Assembly: GCA_001949185.1 (NCBI GenBank) | Contig: BDGG01000003.1 | Location: forward strand, 635,633-699,632 | Direction: 5' to 3' | Length of the DNA stretch: 64,000 nucleotides | DNA from: Ramazzottius varieornatus | Taxonomy: Eukaryota > Animalia > Tardigrada | Part shown: positions 13,096 through 24,197 of the stretch, in pieces | Numbering within the stretch: the stretch's first letter is position 1 | How the letters are laid out: each line of letters opens with the position of its first letter | Notes under the pieces: model-generated | Databases searched by the model: none | What the model was told of the DNA's origin: nothing | The model's input: only the letters and a program-made list of their open reading frames with translations | Translations under genes and position numbers: made by a program

Positions 13096-14500
13096 ATGGG
13101 TGATTCCTTATTTTTGAACAAGCCGGACACGCAAAAGCAGTCGCATGATGGAGTCTCGAACGATAGTCTGCATTTTGGAGTCAGCAGCATGCGAGGTTGG
13201 CGAGTTGATCAGGAGGTAAGGTATCTCTGAAGTGCTACGATATTATTCCTAAACAGGAAAAGTGAGAATTTTACCCTCGAAGAACACACGATTTTATCGT
13301 CAATGTTTACATGACAGTAATACTGATCTCTATACCCGGAGTCAAGATGTGAATGACGTAATCCACGAGAAGGTTTTCTAATACAGTACGGCGTTTTCTA
13401 GTTTCCATTGATGACGTTATGCGCAGACGGAACGGGCGTGGTTAACTGGCTTTTCTTGCAGGACGCCCATCTGACAATTCCGGAATTCGATGAAAACGCT
13501 CATTTCTTCGCCGTCTTCGATGGCCATGGCGGAAGTGAAGTTTCGAGAGGAGCCGCTAAGACTATCGGAAATCTCTTAAAAAGCCTACCAGCCTACAAGC
13601 AAGGACATTATCGAGATGCTCTGATCGAAGCCTTTGTCTCCTTTGACCGCTCTCCAGCGGTAAGTCCCACTTTGTCCTCCATATCGTGTAATCGGAGTTT
13701 CATGGCTGATGATTGTTGCAGGCGAATCATTCTTCGGGAACTACGGCGTGTTGTGCGTTCATCAAGAACAATACCCTGTACGTGGCGAACGCCGGAGATT
13801 CGCGCTGTGTCATCTCGAAGAATGGTCAAGCTAAGGATATGTCCATCGACCATAATCCAACGAGCCCGAAAGAAGCCGCAAGAATCGAGAACGCGGGTGG
13901 AACTGTGACGGAAGATGGTCGAATCGATGCGAATTTGGACCATCAGATAAATCTCAGTCGAGCTCTCGGTAGGAAAATTCGGCAGGTATCACAGTTTCAC
14001 TTTGGTCAAAATTCGGAGGTCTCTCCTTTTCGCTTCAGGCGATCACGACTACAAACAGAACCCCGATCTGCCTCTGACGAAACAGATGGTCTCTCCTAAA
14101 CCAGATGTCTTTCCAATGACCATTGATCAAAGTCTGGAATTTATGGTTGTCGCCTGCGACGGAATTTGGTAAAAACACAATCATTTGTTTGGCATATTGT
14201 TTTTCGGAAAGCAGCTTTGGTTTTTGCAGGACTTGCTTGACAAGCCAGGAAGTGGTTGATTTTATTCGGCCGAGACTGATGCAGCACGAGAAATACCCGA
14301 AAATTTCACTGATCATTGAAGAAGTGAAAATTAAAATTTTGATCACATCGAAAAAGCTCTAGTTTAATGATGCGACTTTTTTATAGTTGTTCAACACTAT
14401 TGTGGCACCGCAACTGACCGATGAAGGAACAGGCACGGACAACATGACATGCATCGTTGTCGTCTTCCACCAACCTCATCAGCAAACTGGTGGTGGTTAG
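13096..14500 (+). CDS. PP2C/PPM-family Ser/Thr phosphatase, 6 coding exons
   Basis: [50 protein letters not shown] and GTDNMT motifs joined by GT-AG introns. Alternative start at 13060. Confidence 0.93.
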
Positions 14501-14799
14501 AACTCCTAGGTCGTGAATGTTTGCAATATCTCCTAGATACTCATATCTTATACAACCGGTGACAACCCGGCTGTCGTGTGTCGTTGTTTTTTCGTATGTC
14601 GGTATTGTCTATTGTCTTCCGCGACTTTATACTGTTCCATTTCCAGGTTGTATTTTGATGTGATAAGTTTTCGGGCGCGGAGTAAGCATTTTAACCGGGC
14701 AATTTGGTGCAAAAAATCAAAAAATTGAAAATTCCCAGTCATCCGGGTAATACACGAGAATAAGGTCTGAATAACTGGATGCGCAAACATCTGAAGAAC

Positions 14800-15384
14800 C
14801 TAGCAAGAATAAGAAAGACATTCATCAACCATCTCCTTCATCCGTGGGTTCTCCATGGCTGCAGCCACGCGTTCCTTATCGTTCAGCTGCTTGCTGATTT
14901 CTTTCACGCTGTCATGCGTACCATCTTTTATTCTTATATGAAGTTTCAGCTGTCCTGCAAGTTGAAGAAATACTAAAAGGCGGAAACAACTGATAAGAAA
15001 GAATATTTCACCTGGGTAATTTTGTTCCAGCTTGACACGAATACAAAGTCCAATGAGGGTAGCTAGTGAGCAGTGAGGGACGGTTGGTGTGAACTCCACG
15101 TGGACGCAGTACCGCTTTTCGGAGTCGGGAATGTCCGTGGGTAAGGTATCAGGGTAAAGGGAAGCATGAACGCATCCTTCGTACACTACTTTCAGATCTT
15201 CAAGCGACTGCGGATGCTCGGGATCTTTGATGCTTCGAATTAACTCTAAGATTAACATGAGCGCTGTGTGAATATTTGAACACTGTCCATCAAAGTAATC
15301 AGGGAAAGGAGAGCTTTACCAACCGTAAATGTCGTCCTGGATGTCAGAAAGTCCACTTCCGGTGGGGATGATGCCCGTTTCCAT
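14800..15384 (-). CDS. CIAO2A: Cytosolic iron-sulfur assembly component 2A (FAM96A/MIP18 family)
   Basis: IRSIKDPEHP.SLEDL, FTPTVPHCSLATLIGLCIRVKL, KQLNDKERVAAAMENP; 3 exons. Confidence 0.9.
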
Positions 15385-18193
15385 TCTCTGGTGGGTCGTG
15401 AAAGCGTCCCGTGGGTGTGCTTGTACCAGCACATCCACCTTCCCATCAGGAGCTCAAATTTTTTGGATAAGATTTCACCGGGCTGTATGTTCCTGTAATG
15501 CCTAATGATTACGCGGGATTTAGAGAACTTGAAAGATCGAGAAGAGCAACAGACTGCACTGCGAGCACTCTAGTGCTGCTGAACCGCGCGTCCATCTGAG
15601 ACCAGGTTACCATAAAATTCGCTTTGTCATGGTACAGGCTGTCCCATAGGACAAGGCGCTGACGCTGAATACAGGAGTATTCAGAATCGAGTCTTGCAGT
15701 GCTTGCCTTCTTGTTTCGCACGTCTTTGAACGACGGCATGGATTACCTGGTGCAACTGGCTAAGCACTGGTCCCGGCCTACTGTCGCCTTTGACGTACAA
15801 AATCAAGAGCTTGATCATGCGTTTCTGGTCCCGGCAACGCGCGGTTCAACAGCACTACAGTGGCTGCGAGTGATGCGCAGAGCGACTGAGTGAATCAAGA
15901 GTTACACCGTCAACGCAATCAAGTGAATCAACCGCATTCCTAATCTCACAGTCACAGTACGTGAGTGTGAGTGACGTATAGCTCTCGTCGGCTAGACTGC
16001 CAGTATCAGAGGTGCGTGATGTTGTGACGCTATGCGTCAGACGCACTATCATCGCTATCACGGCACTGCACTCGTCTTGATTTTGACATCGCCGAGGGCT
16101 TGGTTGTGTTCCTCTGCGCGACTCCTGCAGATACTGGGAGTCTCCTGCCAGCACGTCGGGGTAGAAAGTGGGAAATCGTTAGCAGCATGGAGTATCCCAT
16201 AAAGTGGCGGAGCCCGTTCTCCGGAAGGAGTCGAAAGCGCTGGTCTGCGGCCCGGAAGTCTACACCGGCTCTCTCCTCAACAGCAGATTCGAAACGGCGG
16301 AAGCTTAGAGAATAATCCACAGCTCAGCGGAGCGATATGAACATCACTCTTATCCATGAGATCTTCCGTTGTACCACCACCCTTCAACGCGCCAAATGTC
16401 GCAAGTCACTGGTAGCCTACCCGCATTGACGTCATGGTATATAGGACTAATCCACCGTACAGTACACGTTTCCGTCGGTGTTTCTGCTGACGTCATGCGC
16501 CGAGAGGCTGTTGACGGCTGTTCGGCAATGGTTGCGCTCTCAATTACAGAGTGACCAGTGGATGGGGTGCGGTCCTACGAGACGACGGTTCTTGCGTGAC
16601 ATCGACTCTGGTACTCACCGTGAGAGACTTACCGCTTTACCAATACTTCTGTCTGACACCCCCCAAACGTCGAAGCCGAAGCGACATGTCTGGAAGATCT
16701 TCATTCGAGCCTAATCACTCCATTCACCAAGTTCCTCCTCATTAACTTCCACACCGCCAAATATCCGGAGAAGCAGAAAGGTAGATCACAGTCGGGACTG
16801 GCTGTGCAAGATCATTCCGCAAAGTACCTTACTGCTGGAGTACCAGTCGCAGATCAAGTCCATCTTGCTGAGTCGTCTGAGGCTGAGAATCTACCTGCGC
16901 GTATTGATCAGGGTAGATTGTGGCGTCCTCAATTATTTGGGTGGGTCTCCTGTATTATTGTATGACGCCATGATCAATGCGAGCAAAGGGTCTCGGGGCC
17001 TTCTTCCCACCACCGTCCTATGGGGAGGACAATAAATTGAGCCGGGAGAGTTTCATCGGCCTTTGCATGAACATATCCATGCCGTTCTGTGGCCATATCC
17101 ACCGGCTCAGCTGGTGTGGGCGATCAATGCTTTCAAGGGACTGGAAAGACACGCACTGGCGAAGTAGTCCCATCTCAAATTCGAAAACATAGAGAAAGTA
17201 AGGTAGCGTACACTGCTTCTCAACGCTTGCTTTGGTATCGAATATTCTTTGCAGATTTCACTTTGTAGTGACATGACAGCAACCTTGGCCGAGGCCGAGC
17301 ACGAAAGGGTATCGGATGGGATGATTCTGGTGGTGGTTAGAGGAAGGTTTGCCTGTCGGATCTTGGACTGCGTCATCTCTTTCGAGGTGATGGCTAGGGA
17401 GGCTTGTCGCATTGGGACAGTACTGTGGTGTTCCAGTGCAACGTCGAAAGGCAAGAATAAAAATCATTCACTGTCTTTCGTGTGCGAAAGGCCGCCGTAT
17501 GCATTCGAACTGCTTTTCCATCGTTCATTCAAACAACAGTTGGATCACGATGATACGGTAGGCAACGGTTAGGGTCTCTAACCAGGTATTACCAATATGC
17601 GTGTGGTTCGTCAGCTTCGATCTGTTGTTTTTTTTGGAATACAAACAAGGTATTCTCTACTGTACCAGTGCTGTTAGGGAATGCTGAAATGCTTTTGATT
17701 TCTACGCGGTGTCGATCTTTTGAGACTTGTGTACAGTTTAATATTTGCATGTCTGTCGTGGTTCGTGGTGTGGAGGCTCGTGGTTTCTGCGATGACGTCA
17801 GAGTTCGAAATCAGTTGCGGTAGATATTGTGTAACACTGCGTGTCGCGGCATCTGTTTGCTTGTCTGGCGTGTACTGTACCTACCTTTACACACTCGACC
17901 ACCTCGACAATCAACCTTCTTGATAACAACCGGTTTCCGGTACTGTTCATTTTTTTCGCTAGTTTCCGTGATGGCAGCGCGTACGATAAACTGTCATTGA
18001 CATTTCGCCTACTTGTGCACATTTTTTACAATACTTACCCTACCTTACAAAGGCTCTTCGAGTAGAGCACCAGCATGCGAGTAGCTTCCGTGCTGCCAAG
18101 ATGGTGCTTCCGTCGACTTTCGACCCAGCTGACGTGGTGATTAATAACATGATCATTCGAAATTCTATTTGAATATCTGGATCTTCTCAAAAG

Positions 18194-20502
18194 ATGAAGA
18201 AATCTCGCTTATATTTCTTGCCTGTATTTTTTATTTATCTGTCTGTGATACGCAATGCGGTTGCGGAAGTGTTTACGTCCATGGCGGACGTGGAAAACCT
18301 CGTCAACAAGGAACGGCAAATTTTGGATATTTTTCGGCTGCTAATCAAAGCGGAACAGGAGAAAATATCTGCAATACAAAAGTATGCTCCTGCTGATTCG
18401 TTTCTTGTCGTGTTGAAGTATGCTCAAGATTGCATCTGATTTTTCAGTTACATCGAGGAATTTACAGAGACGTACGACAAGCAGGGTGTTGATCCAATCA
18501 AGGTTGTGTCGCATCCCGTCAATGCGTTCTTGCTGGTCAAGCATCTTAGCGTGGACTATGGAAACCTTAGAGAATACCTCAAGAATGATTTTATCGGCGG
18601 TGAGATTTCACTGAGACTTTCGTGATTTTGTAAAGTTTTGAACTTGGTATTTTCCGAAATCAGCTTCGAATTGTGCGTTTATGTTTATCATTCTGGATTA
18701 GAAAACAGGTATGTAATTTTATTTTTCGCTTGTTGTAGCCGCCCTGGAGGACATCGAGAAGATTCGTTCCTCTACGCGGTTCCCCGAAGAAGAAGACATC
18801 AAAGGCGCTGCAGAAGGATTCGTTCGTCTCCAAAGAACTTACAAGATTTCCACAGAGAACTTCTCTTCCGGTCTCATACCCGGTATCGCACCCGCGCGAC
18901 CCATGACGTCCTTCGAATGTCACTTGATCGGGCACCGGTTAGCCCTGGAAAAGCATCACCTACACGCTGCCAGCTGGCTGGAAATGGCGTTGAAGAAACT
19001 GAAGGAAGGGAAAGAGACACCGAAAGAACAGACAAAGGAGATCGAGTCGTTGGACTGGCTACAATATTCGTACCACCAACTGGGGAACCCGTACGCCGCG
19101 TTGGAACTGAGTAGGAAAGTGAAGGAACTGGACCCGAACTTCCCGACCGTGGATTCGAATGTCGAGTTTTATACCAATATGATGAAGGACATGCCGGAGA
19201 ATGTTCTGGAGACGGTCAAGAGCCAGCCGAGACCGCCGGTTCTGACGGACCATGGAGGAGCCTATGAAGCGCTATGTCGCGGAGAAGGGATTTTGGTATG
19301 GGTGTTCCTACATAAAGTATAACACGCGCGCTATCTTCAGGATTCGCTTTAGAGTTCGGAAGTAGTAAAATGGTCGAATGGCCGGTTTGCTCATTCGTAT
19401 GACAGCCAAGACTGTCAAAATAGGCTTGATAGTAGTTTATTCTATTGATACAAATTAGCTTTTATTGCGGTTATTTTCCTGCCTGAGTTCGTGTATCAGT
19501 TTTATGTGACTGGTCTAAGTACGTAGAAAGTGACGTTCGTGTTTTCGGTTGCAGAGACCGAATGTGACCAAGCAGCTACGGTGCTACTACGAAACCTACA
19601 ACAACCCGGTTCTCCGAGCCCAGCCCGTGAAGATAGAACTGGCGCATGTCAGCCCCGACATTTTTGTCATCCACGACGTTGCGTTGGTGTCGCAAATGGA
19701 GAGAGTGAAAGAGGTTGCCATGAAGCACCTTCAGAGAGCCACTGTGGTCAAACCGGGATCTGTTGGGACGGAGTTCGCCAAAATTCGCATATCCAAATCG
19801 TAAGTCACCTATGTTATAGCTGACCCTGGCCAAAAGTGCTTTTGCTGACACGAAGTAGCGTGGAGAAAAGTGTGTTAGTGACCTCCGCTAAAGTGCGTCC
19901 AAGTTGCGTAGCTTTGCGCATTCTGTTCTGATCGATACTAACCGGCCACAGCTGAGATTTTTAATTTAATATTGGACTTCAGCGCTGACTCTTGTAACCG
20001 ATCCGAAAATTGTCTGTACAGGGCGTTTTTGGATGAACCGGCAGATCCAGTCATCGCCACTGTCAACAAGCGAATCGCTCAAGTGACCAATTTCGATATG
20101 AAGCACGCCGAACACCTCCAAGTGGCCAACTACGGTATTGGTGGTCATTACAACGCCCACTATGACTTCTTCCGGAACCCCAACGATCCCAACACGAAAC
20201 AGATCGAAGAACACAAGGGAGATCGCATCGCGACCCTGCTTATGTACATGACGGACGTGGAGGCCGGTGGCGCCACCACCTTCCCGTCAATCAACGTGAC
20301 GCTCTTCCCGCAAAAAGGTTCCGCGGCCTTCTGGTACAACCTCTACAGGGACGGAAAAGGAGACGTAAGGACACTACACGAAGGATGTCCGGTACTAGCG
20401 GGGAACAAATGGGTGTCCAATAAATGGATTCGTGAAGTTGGTCAACATGTCTTTCGTCCTTGTGCCTTGTTCAAGGACAGCCCTAATATAACAGACTTTT
20501 GA
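18194..20502 (+). CDS. P4HA: Prolyl 4-hydroxylase alpha subunit, copy A (5 exons)
   Basis: Signal peptide then EVFTS, HPVNAFLLVK, YEALCRGE, LQVANYGIGGHY..HYD, GGAT.FP, H.GCPVL.G.KWVSNKW. Confidence 0.95.
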
Positions 20503-21033
20503 AGTAATGTTTCAACTCTTTTAGAATCAATAGTGAATCTACTATTGCCTATATCGCTCTATTTTTGCTCAACACGGCCTATGAAGGCCGAATAAATTCA
20601 GATGGAATATTGGTGAGACGTCCGGCTAAGTAGTGTAGTATGCGGATTATACGACGGACAGCGTCCAAAAGCGGCGACTCGGCAGCTAGCTATACGTGAG
20701 ACTGGCTGTGGGATCGCGCTTTCAGTTTCTAATCCATACTTCCGCGTCCGTCACATGTTGACGCTTCCATTGTCTTCTTGCAAGATCTTGACAATCGAGC
20801 AAGGGAAGGAACACATCTTGCAGCTGACTGTCTTTCCACGGACTGAGTGAAGAGACGCGGCGTGGTTACACGCTCTGAATGTTCGCGTTGTTATCTTTCA
20901 CTGACCGACATCACACCTGTTTTCTACGAGCTAGTGAAAGTTGCTCAAAGAGGCGCGAAAGTTTCGTAATAGCTTCTAGCCTCCCTCAGCAGCGACGACA
21001 TGAGACCGATAGGTAGCTTGAGCTGACGGAATC

Positions 21034-23003
21034 ATGTTCAATAGGAAGCGCCTCGATATATCCTTGTTGCTCTTTCCACTTTTGTGTTACTGCCAACATG
21101 TGTCAGCCGAAGTCTTCACATCAATGTCCAATATCCAGACTCTCATTGCGGAGGAATTTCAGGTGGTCAACATATTGCGGGAAATCATAAAAGCGGAAAG
21201 GACCAAACTCGACTTTATTCAAGAGTACGATTCACTCCACACTGTCGCTCTTTGTCTCGTCCGGGAGTAATACCAGTCCTCTTGTTTCAGGTACGTGGAT
21301 GAGTTCTCTCGTGTATACGGTGAGCACAGCGGTGACGTAACGATAAATTCGGAGGTAATTGCCTCGCATCCACTTAATGCGTTCCGGCTGGTCAAACATC
21401 TCTCGGTTGACTGGGATACGGTTCGCCGCCTGATGACCACAAACCTAGCTATCGGTACGAGAACTGAACTGGAGCTTCTTTATTACACATTCCCCCCCCC
21501 CCCGACTTTATGGTTTCCCGCCTTTCAGGGGGAGTTCAAGAAATCGAGCGGCTTCGGTCTCTCTCCCAAGGTCTTCTCAACGAAGAAGACCTCAAAGGAG
21601 CGGTCGAAGCCATCGTACGCTTGCAGTACACCTACGACATCGACGAGGAACAAGTTGCCAGCGGGACACTGACCGGTTCCACTGTAACCGCTCTAGAATT
21701 GTCCTCATTGGAATGCTACCTGTTGGGTCTTCACCAAGCTCAACTGGGATTTCATGATTACGCAGTCCGTTGGCTGAGTCTCGCATGGAAGCTCTTTGAC
21801 CAAGAGCAGCGATTGGACATTCAGAAGAGCTCACCGATAGGCAAAGTGGAAATACTGGACTGGCTGCAGCATTCAACCTTCCAGCGGGGCAATATTTCTT
21901 ATGCTTTGGAGTTGTCGCAGCAGATAAAGAAAATCAACCCGGCCTTCGCGCATGTTGATGAGAATATCGCTTACTATCAAAAACTATTGAATGACACACC
22001 GCAAGAAATATGGGCTAAAATGGAGGACGAGAACGGAAAAATTAGTGGGGAGAAATCGAGCGGAACTTATGAAGCACTCTGTCGGGGCGAGGGAAAGTTG
22101 GTGAGCTACAGACGCATTAAACTTCAATACGGCGTGTATGCAAGCACCACTACTATCTCGCAACCTAAATTCTCTCTACAGGATATCAATGTGGAGAAAC
22201 AATTGCACTGCTACACAGAGACTTATAGTAAACCCTGGCTGCTCCTCCAGCCTGTCAAGATCGAAATGGCGTACTTGAACCCGGATATCTTCGTCGTACA
22301 CGATGTTCTGTTTCCATCTCAAATGGAACAAGTAAAGAGTGTGGCGAAGAGAAAGCTGCAACGAGCCATGGTCGTTAAACCGGGAACCACGGAGAATCAA
22401 GCAGCCAGAATTCGCATCTCCAAAAAGTAAGCAGTAATTTTACAGAGATTTCTGTACATTGGGCTTATTACCATAGCTAAAATTTATTGTGTCTGTTACT
22501 CATTGTTGATTCGCAGCGCGTTCCTGAATGAAGACGTACATCCGGTCATCGCAGCCGTAAACAACCGCATCGGTCTTGTGACGAACCTGGACATGCGCAT
22601 CGCCGAGGAACTCCAAGTGGCAAACTACGGTATCGGTGGTCACTACGACGCCCATTTCGACCATTTTCGCACTTTATACGAGATCAACCATAAGCATATC
22701 GACGGAGAGTGGGGTGATCGAATGGCCACCTTCCTGCTGTACATGTCGGACGTGGAAGCAGGTGGCGCTACAGTCTTTCCGCGCATCAATCTAACTTTGT
22801 ATCCGGCGAAAGGGTCGGCAGCCTTCTGGTTCAACCTGCACAAAGATGGACTAGGAGATGAGAGGACACTTCATGCTGGATGTCCAGTACTTGTTGGCTC
22901 AAAATGGATCTCCAACAAATGGATCAGGGAGAAGTGGCAGGATGTAACGAGACCGTGTGGGCTACAGCCGGATAGTCCAGAATGGGACAATGGATGGCCG
23001 TGA
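21034..23003 (+). CDS. P4HA: Prolyl 4-hydroxylase alpha subunit, copy B (5 exons)
   Basis: Same motif set (HPLNAF, YEALCRGE, HYDAHFD, HAGCPVLVGSKWISNKW) and the same intron positions as copy A. Confidence 0.95.
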
Positions 23004-23477
23004 ATTTATAGTCGAAATCGGCCTGTCTGAACCGCAAGACCAGTCACCAGTCCTAGTCCGGAGTCGTTTCTAGATGAGAAAGTCTCGATAATGTCTAAAA
23101 CTACTATTCGCACGTGTTATCTGCGCTAAATACTGCACCGCTGCAGTGGGGTTTGGGTAAACAGAGGTCGTACGTTCTATTCCTGATGTAGAAAGCTCGT
23201 TTCGGTTCAGCAATGCTTCTTCGGATGACGCCCAACTTCCGTCTGCCCATTAAGAACAAAACAATCACGCCCCTTGTACGGCAAATGGACTAGTACTTTG
23301 CGGGAAAAAAGCTAGTATTGCAAAGCGTAACAGATGATACCCGAAAACTCTCTTCCGTCATATCTTTGCGCCGTTTACCATATCCGTTGGACATGCGTGC
23401 CGACCGCACCTATGAACTGCCGCGAAGGCTCGCGATATTATTATTACAATCTATATATTTCGATGAGGTTTTTTCAG

Positions 23478-23773
23478 ATCGCGTGGAGATGGACGCTGTT
23501 AGCTACGTAGACAGTCGGCGGGGACTTCACCTGTCGCCTTCTTGCTTCCCTTAAAGTGTTTGGACTTTACCTAAGTGCAATACTCTTGACTGTCGCCAAC
23601 GTCGACCGCTTTCTCGCTGTACGGAACCCTCTAGTCTCCGAGCGGAAAGCTCACCGACGCACTGTCCGAATGATTACGGCAGCCTGGGCGATCAGCGCGG
23701 CTACAGTGTGTCTAACGTCCACTCTGCTGTCTTTCACCTGTCCCAAAATTTAAACCACCCTCGGTGCCACCAG
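23478..23773 (+). pseudogene. Isolated disabled exon of a GnRH/AKH/corazonin-receptor-like GPCR (ECL1 to TM4)
   Basis: Between a TTTTCAG acceptor and a CAG|GTAAAC donor it reads IAWRWT..*..GGDFTCRLL...VFGLYLSA....NVDRFLAVRNPL...AW. One in-frame TAG and a frameshift before VFH. Confidence 0.7.
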
Positions 23774-24197
23774 GTAAACAAGACCTGGATTGATCCAAAC
23801 ACAGCTGATCGAAAACTCTATACGATAAATCACTCGATGCGAATGTTTACGGACCTTCTTAAACAGCAGCAATTTCAGGCTCTGATTGAAACTGCACCGA
23901 AATCGTGTACCGGATCTACGTTATGTTGCTGACATTATGGCTTCCACCTCGTAATCAATGCTTCTTACACGGGTACCTGAATCGGATTACAGACTAAAAG
24001 CTCTCTTCGCTAGTAGGAAAAAGTCTGTCCTACCGAGTCTTTACGGAGTAAGTACGGAGTTAATGACTGAGCCTCACCGGAGACTCAATGGTAACAAAAA
24101 CCAGACGGAGCACAGCAAAATTAAAGATACTATTGCGTCCAACGATACCTCCTAGTTAACTTTTGAGCTCACAACACTTTGCACGGAACTTGATTCG

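Noticed and set aside
15500-17600. Cluster of 60-115 aa ORFs between CIAO2A and P4HA-A
   Set aside because: No recognisable motifs and no consistent splice model; left uncalled.
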